A stretch of 64,000 bases of DNA from an uncultured Arcobacteraceae bacterium (GTDB taxonomy: Bacteria > Campylobacterota > Campylobacteria > Campylobacterales > Arcobacteraceae): the NCBI GenBank assembly GCA_964022095.1, contig CAXHZO010000002.1, positions 192,001 to 256,000 on the forward strand. The letters are read 5' to 3'. The notes under the pieces are model-generated. The model was not told the DNA's origin and did not search any database. It was given only the letters and a program-made list of their open reading frames with translations. This document shows positions 20,339 through 30,748 of this stretch, piece by piece. The position numbers were made by a program, and so were the translations under genes. Positions within the stretch are counted from its first letter, which is position 1, and every line of letters begins with the position of its first letter.

Positions 20339-21526
20339 TTATTGTTGTGTTATACCTAAAGTCCAAATATCATAATTTGAATCTAAGATAATTGATGGAT
20401 AAACATCTGAAGTTAAAATCTTTTTGTAGAAGAATGAGATAATATCTTCAGTTTCTTCAAAACTAAGTACTTTTGTTATTCCACCTGTTAATACTATTGA
20501 TTTTAGTAAATTTAACTTTAATTTTATATATAAAGGATGAGCTTCACTAACTTTATATAATACTAAGAAAATAGCAAGTTGCATTAATATTCTAGTTGCT
20601 TTTGGTGATTCTTCTTCAAAAATATTCTCTGTAACTTTTAGATGAGCTAATAGTTCATAAACAAACTCATTGTTTTTTGCTGCAAAGATTAATGATTCTT
20701 TAGATTTAAAAACTCCTAGTTTTTTAAATACTAATCTATCATATTCATTTTCAGTCACCATATTATTATCAATTGCTAAGTCTTTAGAGTAGTGAATATC
20801 AGTAGTAGCTCCACCAATATCAATTAGAATAAATGGATTAACTGCCGCAAACTTACTATCAATAAGAGGTAGTGTTTTATTTACAATATATGGAGTTGAG
20901 TATATTTGATTTGAAGTTAGTTCATATAAGTGTTTGATATCTTCTTTACCCATAATATCAGCTTGATAAAGATTAGTTAAGTAATCTTTTAAAGGCTCTT
21001 CAACTACATGAAGTTTATTATCAATAATATTATCAACAACACTTAAATTATCAATTTTTCCTTTTAAGTAATCTTCATCTTTAGATGAACCTGCAAATAC
21101 AATATTTGAGTAGTTTAAATTATCTAAGAAATTAAATAGTTTTTCATCAAATACATCACTAACACTATCAATACCACCAGCAATAATAACTACATCAATT
21201 AAATCACTAGGAATTGAAGCACTATTTATATCTTGATATAAAATAGTATTAATAATATTAATTCCAGAGTTATAAGCAATATTTGTTGCATATTTAAGTG
21301 AAAAAGAGTTTGTAACTCCAATAATAAGTGTTGTTAATCCACCATTTGCAGAAGAACAAATATATACATCTTCTTTTTCAAATTTTGAAATAGTGTCTCC
21401 ACATTTTGAAGTTAAATCTTCAAAGATATCTTTATTAAAATCTCTAAAGTGTTGCTCAACATTTCCATTTGCACAAACTTTAAAGTATGTACTTCCTACA
21501 TCTACTAATAGTTTATTCTCTATCAT
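20339..21526 (-). CDS. glmL: Glutamate mutase reactivase GlmL/MutL-like (actin-like ATPase fold)
   Basis: VDVGSTYFK, CSSANGGL, IDIGGATTDIH. Confidence 0.85.
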   Translation of the reverse strand: MIENKLLVDVGSTYFKVCANGNVEQHFRDFNKDIFEDLTSKCGDTISKFEKEDVYICSSANGGLTTLIIGVTNSFSLKYATNIAYNSGINIINTILYQDINSASIPSDLIDVVIIAGGIDSVSDVFDEKLFNFLDNLNYSNIVFAGSSKDEDYLKGKIDNLSVVDNIIDNKLHVVEEPLKDYLTNLYQADIMGKEDIKHLYELTSNQIYSTPYIVNKTLPLIDSKFAAVNPFILIDIGGATTDIHYSKDLAIDNNMVTENEYDRLVFKKLGVFKSKESLIFAAKNNEFVYELLAHLKVTENIFEEESPKATRILMQLAIFLVLYKVSEAHPLYIKLKLNLLKSIVLTGGITKVLSFEETEDIISFFYKKILTSDVYPSIILDSNYDIWTLGITQQ

Positions 21527-22887
21527 TGCATAATTCCTATATCATGAATAATATCATTTACGATTGATGAAGCATCTTTATTTAAGTCACATTGAGATTT
21601 CTCATACTTAAAACATCTATCACTTATTGGTAAATTACCTTTTTTGATGATTCTAATGTTTTTGTTTTTATCTCTAACTGTTACTACTTCATTGTGGTTG
21701 ATAATATGAGGAGAGTATGGACAGTCAATTATTCCTGATTTTATAGAGTTAAATACTTTTCTCCACAATGTATCAGCTTTATCATTGAATACAGCACTCA
21801 TAATACTCATAACTTCTTGAGTTAAAATTTCTTCTTCCATCTCATCTGTAATATCAGGAATCCCTTGAAGCATTCTAAGTGTATATTGAGTGTTTGCAAC
21901 TGTTTTTGCATTTGATTCTCTTGTTGGAATACCAAATGCTTCATCTCTAGTTTTTGTAATGATTTTGTCAGCTTTAACCATTGATGCAATTATTGTTGCA
22001 GTGTTAATTAGTGACTCAGAAAAATCTTTATTTGCAGGGAATGCTCCCATCCACTGATGATATACTAAGTGAATATCTGCATCAGCACAGTTGATTTGTT
22101 CTGCATAATGACGTGCTAGTTTTCTTAAAACTTTTGCTGTAACAATATCTTGAATCATTGATCCAGTTTGTGAAAATGATACAGAGAAAGATTTTACTCC
22201 CTCTTCAAGTGATAATAACATTTCACAAAGTTGAATGACAATAGTAACACAAGGTGGAACAAGTGTTGCAGTTAAAGGACCAAATGATTCTCTATTGATT
22301 GGTTCATTAAGTTTTGAGTAGTTTGCACAAACTCTCTCTACATATTTCCAATATAAAAATGCTTTATCAAGTGGAAAGTTTTTAGAGTATGGTAAAAGGT
22401 AAGTAATTGGACCACCTTCAATTTCAAAGATACCAGAAGCAATAGCAGTTTCAACTAATAGTCTTGCATCAGGAGTACCATGTCTTAATGATATTGGTTT
22501 ATTAAAGTTAGTCATCATTTTTCTAGTAGTTCTATATCCATGGTTAACTAGTGGATAACCATTTAACATATCTACATCATTTTCTTCACTAAGCTTAAGC
22601 ATCTTTGCTGCACTTGTATAGTCATTTAATCTTGTATTTGAATCAACTGTACAAGGTAAAACATCAACATCTGCATCAACGAAAAATTCGTAAAGTGAAA
22701 ACATCTTTTTATAAGTTGGGAATCCACCTCTTGGTTGAACCAACATTTTGTTTTTTGTTTTGAAATTGTGAGAAATAAATAAATCTTTTGAAGCGCCTTT
22801 TACGAACTCTTCAATCTCTGCAAAATCAAAATTATCTGCATATTTATTTTGAACGATTATATTTCGTTCTTCTTGAAGTAAACTCAA
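21523..22887 (-). CDS. glmE: Glutamate (methylaspartate) mutase E subunit
   Basis: QPRGG, DSNTRLN, LNGYPLVNHG, RHGTPDAR, EGGPITY, INRESFGPLT. Confidence 0.92.
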   Translation of the reverse strand: MSLLQEERNIIVQNKYADNFDFAEIEEFVKGASKDLFISHNFKTKNKMLVQPRGGFPTYKKMFSLYEFFVDADVDVLPCTVDSNTRLNDYTSAAKMLKLSEENDVDMLNGYPLVNHGYRTTRKMMTNFNKPISLRHGTPDARLLVETAIASGIFEIEGGPITYLLPYSKNFPLDKAFLYWKYVERVCANYSKLNEPINRESFGPLTATLVPPCVTIVIQLCEMLLSLEEGVKSFSVSFSQTGSMIQDIVTAKVLRKLARHYAEQINCADADIHLVYHQWMGAFPANKDFSESLINTATIIASMVKADKIITKTRDEAFGIPTRESNAKTVANTQYTLRMLQGIPDITDEMEEEILTQEVMSIMSAVFNDKADTLWRKVFNSIKSGIIDCPYSPHIINHNEVVTVRDKNKNIRIIKKGNLPISDRCFKYEKSQCDLNKDASSIVNDIIHDIGIMQ

Positions 22888-23291
22888 TTTCTCTCCTCCA
22901 AGTATTTTTCTAATTCATTTAGTCCTGTATTTAAATCTACTTGGTGAAATACTAAATCAAAACCATAGTTTTTAAATCTTGGTACGATTTCATCAGCATT
23001 TCCTTCACCAACGGCTAAGTTTCCACCTAGCATAAATACAACATCTTTTAAGTTTTTATATTTTGATTTTAGAATATTTAATTCTCTACACCAACCTTCG
23101 GCTTCCCCGTTAAGTGATGAGATTAACAGCACATCTGCATTTGTTTCAATTACAGCGTCTATAAACTCTTCTAAATAAGTGTTAACACCTAAATTAAATA
23201 CTTCAAATCCTCTTGCTTGTAGTGATATATCAATTAGTCTATTTGCAACTACATGAATATCATTACCAACTACTCCAGTAACTACTTTCAT
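22884..23291 (-). CDS. Glutamate mutase S subunit (B12-binding)
   Basis: GVVGNDIHVVANR (DxH), VFNLG, ISSLNG, LGGNL. Confidence 0.92.
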   Translation of the reverse strand: MKVVTGVVGNDIHVVANRLIDISLQARGFEVFNLGVNTYLEEFIDAVIETNADVLLISSLNGEAEGWCRELNILKSKYKNLKDVVFMLGGNLAVGEGNADEIVPRFKNYGFDLVFHQVDLNTGLNELEKYLEERN

Positions 23292-23408
23292 ATCTTTTAC
23301 CTAAATATTTATAATTTTTTTTATTGAAAAGTCAGCGATAATATCTAATTTTCGGTTAGAAAAAGATTAGAATTGAGGGTTTTAAGAGGTTTTAGAGATT
23401 TTCTAAGA

Positions 23409-24776
23409 CTAAATAGTCTTAGAAAATCTTCTTTTTTCTTCAGGAATTCTATTTAAATATGCATCAAATGGCATACAAATATTTCTAATAAGCATAGAAC
23501 CAGTTTGATTTACTTCAATTTTATCATCACTTAATGTTAAAAGTTCAGCTTCTTCGAACTCTTTTAAAGCTTCTAATGCATCACAGAAGTATTCTTTAAA
23601 GTTTACATTAAATTGTTCTTCAACTCTTGTGATGTTCAGTGAGAAATTACTCATAAGTTCCATGATAACAAATTGTCTTAATTGGTCATCATCACTTAGT
23701 CTGTACCCTTTAAATGTTGGTAAATTACCATTATCAATAGCATCTTCCCAAGGTTTTAAATCTTTGAAGTTTTGGGCATAGTAATCAACTCCATTACCAA
23801 TAGAAGTAAGACCAATTCCTATTAAATCAGCTCCACCTTTGGTAGTATAACCTTGGAAGTTTCTATGTAGTTCACCTTTTTTAATTGCTTTAAATAGTTC
23901 ATCTTGAGGTTTTGCAAAATGATCCATTCCTACCATTTCATAACCATTTGATGTAAAGAAATCAATTGTATCTTTTAACATCTCAAGTTTTTCTTGAGGT
24001 TGAGGAAATGTTGTTTCATCAAACTTTCTCATTGTTTTCATAAGCCATGGAACATGAGCATAGTTAAATACTGCAAATCTATCAGTATCTAGTGTAATCA
24101 TTTTTTCTAAAGTCTTTTTAAATGATTCTTTAGTTTGATGTGGTAATCCATAAATTAAGTCCGTATTAATAGAGTGAATTCCAGCTTCTCTAGCTATTTT
24201 AATTACATTTTGAGTTAATTCAAATGGTTGAATTCTATGAATAGTTTTTTGAACAGTCTCATCTAAGTCTTGAACACCAAAACTTAGTCTATTACATCCA
24301 CCTTTTTTAAGAACATCCATGTGTTCTTTAGTGAAAAATCTAGGATCAACTTCACACGAAATTTCAGCATCATCGCTAAAGTTTGGAAAAATTTCTTTTA
24401 TTGCTACAATTACTTCATTTAATTGTTCTGGTGAAAAAAATGTTGGAGTTCCTCCACCAAAGTGCATTTGAGTAACTGTTCTTTGAGTATTAAGATGTTG
24501 TTTTAATATATTTAGCTCTTTTTTTAAATACTCTATATATCTTACTTTTTTATCTTCTTTAGAAGTAAAGATTGTATTACATCCACAAAAATAACAAGCA
24601 CTTCTACAAAATGGCATATGTATATAAAGTGATATTGCCCTATCATCACTTTGATTTTTATAGTAATCTTTTAAATCTTCTTGTGTGAATTGTTCACTAA
24701 ATTCAGGTGCTGTAGGATATGAAGTATATCTTGGACCTGGTTTAGAATATTTTACAAATTTATTAAAGTCAATCAT
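23409..24776 (-). CDS. hemN: Oxygen-independent coproporphyrinogen III oxidase
   Basis: [32 protein letters not shown]. Confidence 0.96.
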   Translation of the reverse strand: MIDFNKFVKYSKPGPRYTSYPTAPEFSEQFTQEDLKDYYKNQSDDRAISLYIHMPFCRSACYFCGCNTIFTSKEDKKVRYIEYLKKELNILKQHLNTQRTVTQMHFGGGTPTFFSPEQLNEVIVAIKEIFPNFSDDAEISCEVDPRFFTKEHMDVLKKGGCNRLSFGVQDLDETVQKTIHRIQPFELTQNVIKIAREAGIHSINTDLIYGLPHQTKESFKKTLEKMITLDTDRFAVFNYAHVPWLMKTMRKFDETTFPQPQEKLEMLKDTIDFFTSNGYEMVGMDHFAKPQDELFKAIKKGELHRNFQGYTTKGGADLIGIGLTSIGNGVDYYAQNFKDLKPWEDAIDNGNLPTFKGYRLSDDDQLRQFVIMELMSNFSLNITRVEEQFNVNFKEYFCDALEALKEFEEAELLTLSDDKIEVNQTGSMLIRNICMPFDAYLNRIPEEKRRFSKTI

Positions 24777-25705
24777 TTATTTTTATCTCTTTTTTGATCT
24801 AGCCATACCATTACACCTTTTTGCGCGTGTAATCTATTTTCTGCTTCTTCAAAAACAAGACTTTGTTCACTTTCAAATACTTCTTCAGACACTTCGTAAC
24901 CTCTATAAGCTGGTAAACAATGTAGGAAAATGGCATTTGATTGTGCTAGTTTCATAGCTTCAGAGTCTACAATATATCCATCAAACTCTTTAACTCTTTT
25001 TTCTTTCTCTTCTTCTTGACCCATTGATACCCAAGTATCAGTAGTCACAACCGTTGATCCTTTGATTGCTTCTTTTGGATCATTCCCAATTATGATTTTA
25101 GCATCACTTTCTTTTGCCATTTCTTGTGCAGTAGCTAAAATCTGTGCATCTACTTCATAACCTTTTGGTGTTGCAATTCTTAGCTCAAAACCTAATTTCG
25201 CTGCCATATTTAGCCAAGAGTGTGCCATGTTATTTCCATCACCAACATATGCTACAACTAAGTTTTTATCTAAACCTGCTTCTTGTATAGTCATATAATC
25301 TGCCATTAATTGAACTGGATGATATTCGTTTGTAAGACCATTTATAACTGGAACTTTTGAGTATTTTGCAAATTCTTCTAATTTTGATTGCTCAAATGTT
25401 CTAATCATTACCATATCTACCATTCTTGATATTACTCTTGATGTATCACTCATAGGTTCACCTCGTCCTAATTGGATATCGTTAGAAGATAAGAAAAGTC
25501 CTATTCCACCAAGTTGGTAAATACCAGTTTCAAAAGATACTCTAGTTCTTGTACTACTTTTTTCAAAAATCATACCTAATGTTTGATTAGGCATATAATT
25601 TTTAAAGTTTCTTTGTTTTGTTTCGTCTTTGATCTTTTTTGCTAGCTCTAGGATTTCTAAAATCTCTTCTTTAGAGTAGTTGGCTAATGTTAAGAAATGT
25701 CTCAT
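24773..25705 (-). CDS. argF: Ornithine carbamoyltransferase
   Basis: STRTR, HPVQ, WVSMG, HCLP. Confidence 0.96.
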   Translation of the reverse strand: MRHFLTLANYSKEEILEILELAKKIKDETKQRNFKNYMPNQTLGMIFEKSSTRTRVSFETGIYQLGGIGLFLSSNDIQLGRGEPMSDTSRVISRMVDMVMIRTFEQSKLEEFAKYSKVPVINGLTNEYHPVQLMADYMTIQEAGLDKNLVVAYVGDGNNMAHSWLNMAAKLGFELRIATPKGYEVDAQILATAQEMAKESDAKIIIGNDPKEAIKGSTVVTTDTWVSMGQEEEKEKRVKEFDGYIVDSEAMKLAQSNAIFLHCLPAYRGYEVSEEVFESEQSLVFEEAENRLHAQKGVMVWLDQKRDKNK

Positions 25706-25876
25706 TATATTTCCTCAATAAATTTATAAAAAACAAATATTCTATATAATTAAACTTTGAAAAAACTTAAAAATACTTAAAAATGTCTATTTTATGACAC
25801 TTTTGTGACAAAAACACTTATTTCGTGTTAAGAGGAACTAGCTTAAAATAACGAAAAAAAATTGAAGGATTTATTA

Positions 25877-27994
25877 ATGATTGATGAGATTCTAAAGCGT
25901 GATGGTACAAAACAGAAATTTGAGTCATTTAAGATAGAAGATGCAATTAAAAAAGCATTTAAAAGTGTAAATATAAGGTATGACATATCTATATTTTTTA
26001 ATGTTTTATTTGAAGTAAAGCAAAAAAGACTAGCTGCAGTTGAAGATATTCAGGATATTATTGAAAAAGAGTTATATAAAGGAAGATATTTTGAGGCAAT
26101 GAAATCCTTTATGCTTTATAGACATTTTCATAAAATACAAAGAGAACAGGTTTTACAAATAGTTACTGATACAACGTATATAAATTCAACTCAAACAATT
26201 GATGAGTATATAAATGGAACAGACTGGAGAATAAAAGCAAATTCAAATACTGGATATTCCCATGCTGGGCTTATCAATAATAGTGCAGGAAAAGTAATAG
26301 CAAATTATTGGCTTGATAAAGTATATTCAAAAGAAGAGGGTTATGCCCATAGAAATGCTGATTATCACATACATGATTTAGATTGTTTAAGTGGATATTG
26401 CGCTGGTTGGAGTTTAAGAGTATTATTAGATGAAGGTTTTAATGGTGTGAGGGGTAGAGTTGAGAGTAATCCTGCTAATCATTTTAGAGAAGCGCTTGGT
26501 CAAATGGCAAATTTTTTAGGGATATTGCAAAGTGAATGGGCTGGTGCTCAAGCTTTTAGTAGTTTTGATACTTATTTGGCACCTTATGTTTTTAAAGATA
26601 AACTAAAATATCCTGAAGTAAAAAAAGCAATAAGAAGTTTTATATATAATTTAAATGTTCCTGCAAGATGGGGACAAAGTCCTTTTACAAATATTACTAT
26701 TGATTGGACTGTTCCAAGTGATTTAAAAGATCAAATACCTACAAGAAATCAAAAACATCTATTAAAAGACTTTTACGATGAAGAGTTAATGGAAGTAGTT
26801 AGAAAAAAAGGTTTTGACTCTTTTGAGCAGCTTACTTATAAAGACTTTCAAAAACAAATGAATTTAATAAACAAAGCCTATTATGAAGTAATGACTCAAG
26901 GAGATAAAACTGGTCAGCCTTTTACTTTTCCTATTCCTACAGTTAATATTACAGAAGATTTTGATTGGTATGGAGAAAATACAGATTTACTTTTTGAAAA
27001 TACTGCAAAAATAGGTAGCTCATATTTTCAAAATTTTATTGGAAGTCAATATATAAAAGATAAAAACGGAGATTTATTGCCAAATGAAAATGCATATAAA
27101 CCAGGTCATGTACGTAGTATGTGTTGTAGATTGCAACTTGACTTAAGAGAATTACTTAAGCGAGGTGGTGGACTTTTTGGAAGTGCAGAATTAACTGGAA
27201 GTATTGGTGTAGTTACGATTAATATGGCTAGGCTTGGATATCTACATTGTGGAGATAAAAAAGCTTTGTTTAAACGTCTAGAAGAGCTTATGAATTTAGC
27301 TAAATCAACTTTGGAAAAAAAAAGAGTTTTTATTCAAACACTTTTTGACAGGGGATTATTCCCTTACAGTAAAAGATACTTAAAAGGCTTTAATAATCAT
27401 TTCTCAACAATTGGGGTAAATGGAATAAATGAGATGATTGAAAATTTTTATGGAAAGAATATAGATATTTCTTCTAATCAAGGTTCTAAGTTTAGCTTGG
27501 AAATCTTAGATTTTATGAGAGAAAAAATGCTTACATATCAAGAGCAAACAGGAAACTTGTACAATCTTGAAGCAACTCCTGCTGAAGGAACAACTTACAG
27601 ATTTGCAAAAGAAGATAAGAAAAGATATCGAGATATTATTCAAGGAGGAAGTGAAAAAAATATTTATTATACAAACTCTTCTCAACTACCAGTTGATTAT
27701 ACAGATGATCCATTTGAAGCTTTAAGTTTACAAGATGAATTACAATGTAAATATACAGGTGGTACAGTATTGCACTTATATATGAGAGAGAGAATAACTT
27801 CAATAGAAGCTTGTAGAAAATTTGTAAAAAATAGTATTAGTAATTTTAGATTACCATATATTACTATTACACCAGTTTTTTCTATTTGTGAAATACATGG
27901 ATACATTAATGGTGAATATGAATATTGTCCTAAGTGTGATGAAGAAATTTTAAAACAGGAGAAAAATAATTATGACAAAACAAGAACTGCTTGA
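25877..27994 (+). CDS. nrdD: Anaerobic (class III) ribonucleoside-triphosphate reductase, large part
   Basis: ATP-cone N-terminus, HIHDL, RSMCCRL, EATPAEG, C-terminal CxxH..CPKC. ATG at 25877 follows an AAGGA RBS. No glycyl-radical loop in this ORF. Confidence 0.93.
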   Translation: MIDEILKRDGTKQKFESFKIEDAIKKAFKSVNIRYDISIFFNVLFEVKQKRLAAVEDIQDIIEKELYKGRYFEAMKSFMLYRHFHKIQREQVLQIVTDTTYINSTQTIDEYINGTDWRIKANSNTGYSHAGLINNSAGKVIANYWLDKVYSKEEGYAHRNADYHIHDLDCLSGYCAGWSLRVLLDEGFNGVRGRVESNPANHFREALGQMANFLGILQSEWAGAQAFSSFDTYLAPYVFKDKLKYPEVKKAIRSFIYNLNVPARWGQSPFTNITIDWTVPSDLKDQIPTRNQKHLLKDFYDEELMEVVRKKGFDSFEQLTYKDFQKQMNLINKAYYEVMTQGDKTGQPFTFPIPTVNITEDFDWYGENTDLLFENTAKIGSSYFQNFIGSQYIKDKNGDLLPNENAYKPGHVRSMCCRLQLDLRELLKRGGGLFGSAELTGSIGVVTINMARLGYLHCGDKKALFKRLEELMNLAKSTLEKKRVFIQTLFDRGLFPYSKRYLKGFNNHFSTIGVNGINEMIENFYGKNIDISSNQGSKFSLEILDFMREKMLTYQEQTGNLYNLEATPAEGTTYRFAKEDKKRYRDIIQGGSEKNIYYTNSSQLPVDYTDDPFEALSLQDELQCKYTGGTVLHLYMRERITSIEACRKFVKNSISNFRLPYITITPVFSICEIHGYINGEYEYCPKCDEEILKQEKNNYDKTRTA

Positions 27995-28145
27995 GAAAAA
28001 TGCTGAGAAAAGATCAAAATGTATTGTCTATACAAGAGTTATGGGGTATCACAGACCAGTTGAGAGTTTTAATATAGGAAAAAAAAGTGAACATATTCAA
28101 AGAAAAAAATTCAATGAATCAAAAGATTGTACACTCTTTAACTAG
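27972..28145 (+). CDS. Standalone NrdD glycyl-radical domain (57 aa), not in ORF track
   Basis: MTKQELLEKNAEKRSKCIVYTRVMGYHRPVESFNIGKKSEHIQRKKF...; RVMGY glycyl motif; AGGAG RBS inside the end of nrdD. Confidence 0.9.
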   Translation: MTKQELLEKNAEKRSKCIVYTRVMGYHRPVESFNIGKKSEHIQRKKFNESKDCTLFN

Positions 28146-28791
28146 ATGTACAACAACAGACTATGAAGATCATTTATCTTGTATAGTTTGGTTTATTAGT
28201 TGTAATTTAAGATGTGTGTACTGTTATAATGATAGCTTAGTTTATTCAAAAAATGGTAATTTCTCATTAAATGATATTTTAGCTTTTTTAGAAAAAAGAG
28301 TAGGTTTATTAGATGCTGTTGTACTAAGTGGTGGTGAATCTACAGTCCATGATTTAATTAGATTTTGTAAAAAAATTAAAGAAATGGGTTTTAAAATAAA
28401 ACTTGATACAAATGGCTTAAATCTAAATCAAATAAAACAGCTAGTAAAGAATAATTTAGTAGATTTTATTGCTTTAGATTTTAAATCAAATAAAAAGAAA
28501 TTTTATTCAATAACTAAAACATATAGTTACAATAGATGGCTTGATACATTAAAGTATTTAGTAGGTGTTAAATTTGATTTTGAAGTTAGAACTACAATAA
28601 ATACTAAGTTGTTAAATGAAATGGATATAAATGAAATGATTGATGTGTTATATAAAAATAACTACAAAAAGAAATACTACATCCAAAATTTTATTCAAAC
28701 CTCATCAAATATTGGAAACATAAAATATAATGATTATATAGATATTTTTAAATTAGATTCAAGCAAAGTATCCTTAGAGTTTAGAAATTAA
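28114..28791 (+). CDS. nrdG: Anaerobic RNR activating enzyme (radical SAM)
   Basis: CNLRCVYC, SGGE, KLDTNG, EVRTT; start at MNQKIV is inferred. Confidence 0.88.
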   Translation: MNQKIVHSLTRCTTTDYEDHLSCIVWFISCNLRCVYCYNDSLVYSKNGNFSLNDILAFLEKRVGLLDAVVLSGGESTVHDLIRFCKKIKEMGFKIKLDTNGLNLNQIKQLVKNNLVDFIALDFKSNKKKFYSITKTYSYNRWLDTLKYLVGVKFDFEVRTTINTKLLNEMDINEMIDVLYKNNYKKKYYIQNFIQTSSNIGNIKYNDYIDIFKLDSSKVSLEFRN

Positions 28792-29442
28792 GTAACCTTG
28801 CGAAGATATATTTTGAATTAAATCTCTTGAAGTTTTAACTCTAAGTCTTTTAATAAATGTTCTAAGTCTTTCATCATTTACTTCTTCATTCCATAGGCTT
28901 TGTTTTATTACTTTTGTAGGCACTATTTTTTTATCATCTTTCATTAAAAGGTAAATGAACTCTTTTTCTCTTTTTGTAAGAGTTATTAGTACATCATTTT
29001 TATATAGTGACCTAGAGTTATTGACATATACAAATCCATCTTTAAGGTGTATAGTTTTTTTCTTTTCAAGTTTATTGGCAAGTTGTTCTAAGAATTCTAT
29101 TACTTCATCTGGATCAAATGGTTTTATAAAGTATTTTGTAATCCCTAGGTCAATAGCTTTTAAAAGTTTTTCTTTGTCAGAATGTGCACTTAAAATTATG
29201 ATAGGTATTTCACTATTTATCTCTTTTATTTTCTGAGTCATTTCTAAACCATTGCAATTTGGCATCATAATATCAGTTATTATAATATCTGGTTTTACAC
29301 TTTTGATTTTTTTGAATCCTTCATTCCCATCTTTTGCAGTAGTTACTGAAAAAAATAAATTATTGACAGCTTCTTTTAACAGTTTCGAAAGTTTTTGTTC
29401 ATCTTCAACAATTAGTAGTCTTAAGTTTTTTAGATTTTTCAT
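28774..29442 (-). CDS. OmpR-family response regulator
   Basis: VEDE, TDIMMP and KP receiver motifs plus winged-helix LTKRE...GY. Confidence 0.92.
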   Translation of the reverse strand: MKNLKNLRLLIVEDEQKLSKLLKEAVNNLFFSVTTAKDGNEGFKKIKSVKPDIIITDIMMPNCNGLEMTQKIKEINSEIPIIILSAHSDKEKLLKAIDLGITKYFIKPFDPDEVIEFLEQLANKLEKKKTIHLKDGFVYVNNSRSLYKNDVLITLTKREKEFIYLLMKDDKKIVPTKVIKQSLWNEEVNDERLRTFIKRLRVKTSRDLIQNISSQGYLISKL

Positions 29443-29452
29443 ATATTAACTC

Positions 29453-30535
29453 CTAAATTGGAATAGATATAGTAAATAATGAACCTTGTGTAGTTTTTTG
29501 GTAGTTTAAGTTTCCATCTAAACTTTTTTCTATGATCATTTTAGACATAAATAAACCAAGTCCCGTTCCTTGAGAACTATGTTTAGTTGTAAAGTATGGT
29601 TCAAATATTTTTTCAACTATATCTTCATCAATTCCTTGTGCATTATCTTGTATTTGCAATAATACATATTTCTTATCATCAATTATACTCTGATTTAGTG
29701 TGATTTTTATCTCTTTTTGAACTATATCTTTATAAATAAAGGCATCTTTTGCATTTTGTATTAGATTTATTAAAACTTGTGAAAGTTCATTTGATATACC
29801 TAAAACCTCATAGTCTTTTGGTACTTCTATTTTAATATTGATATTCTCTTTTTCAATTGCTTTTTTTAATATTAATAAAGCTTCATTTATTGCATCTTTA
29901 ATTTTAAAAGGTCTTCTCTGTTTTTGTGGATTAAAGAAATTTGAAAAATCATCAATTGTTTTTGACATATTTGCAATAATAAACTTACTATCTTCATACA
30001 ATTGTTTTGCATTTTTTTCATCATTTTTTAAATGAGCTTTTTTCATATTAAATAAAGTTAATGATAGTTCAGTTAATGGTTGTCTCCATTGATGGGCAAT
30101 ATTTCCAATCATTTGACCTAAACTTGCCATTCTTGACTGCCAAACTAATATTTTTTGTTTTTCTTCTAAACTCTTTTTTAACTCAACTTCAGAAGTTACA
30201 TCATATCTAATAGCTATAAACTCTTTGATATTTCCACTATCATCTAAAATTGGGGTAATTGTAGTGTTTAAATAGACTGTTTTTCTATCTTTTGTTAGAT
30301 TTTTTACTGTAGTTTTAAAAGGTTTTTTATCTAAGATAGTTTCCCATAATTCCTCAAAGTTAGAAGAGGGTACTTCTGGATGTCTAACGATGTTATGGTT
30401 TTTACCAATTAACTCATCATAAGAGTATCCAGAGATTTTACAAAACTCATCATTTACAAAAGTGATAATCCCATTAATATCAGTTTTTGATACTATATTT
30501 GAATTTTCGATTGCTTTTTGATAAGGATTACTCAT
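29453..30535 (-). CDS. Cytoplasmic PAS-domain sensor histidine kinase
   Basis: Aer-like PAS (NHNIVRHP), IAHQWRQPL H-box, and N, G1, F, G2 boxes. Confidence 0.93.
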   Translation of the reverse strand: MSNPYQKAIENSNIVSKTDINGIITFVNDEFCKISGYSYDELIGKNHNIVRHPEVPSSNFEELWETILDKKPFKTTVKNLTKDRKTVYLNTTITPILDDSGNIKEFIAIRYDVTSEVELKKSLEEKQKILVWQSRMASLGQMIGNIAHQWRQPLTELSLTLFNMKKAHLKNDEKNAKQLYEDSKFIIANMSKTIDDFSNFFNPQKQRRPFKIKDAINEALLILKKAIEKENINIKIEVPKDYEVLGISNELSQVLINLIQNAKDAFIYKDIVQKEIKITLNQSIIDDKKYVLLQIQDNAQGIDEDIVEKIFEPYFTTKHSSQGTGLGLFMSKMIIEKSLDGNLNYQKTTQGSLFTISIPI

Positions 30536-30630
30536 TTGTTTACTTTCTTAAAATATGAAACATGTTATATAATTTACCATTATTATTTACTTAAATCATA
30601 TATATTAAGTATCAAGCAATTTAAGACTAT

Positions 30631-30678
30631 ATTGTTTAATTAAACTTAAGAAAAATTGTTTAATTAAACTTAAGAAAA
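30631..30678 (+). repeat. Perfect 24-bp tandem duplication
   Basis: ATTGTTTAATTAAACTTAAGAAAA twice (30631-30654, 30655-30678). Confidence 0.95.
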
Positions 30679-30748
30679 GTAGAAGAAAGAATCTTAATTA
30701 AAAAATAATTATCTGTAGTTTTCATCTCAGCCTTATTATTCTATTTTT

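Noticed and set aside
30631-30678. CRISPR array
   Set aside because: Two abutting copies with no spacer and no cas genes.
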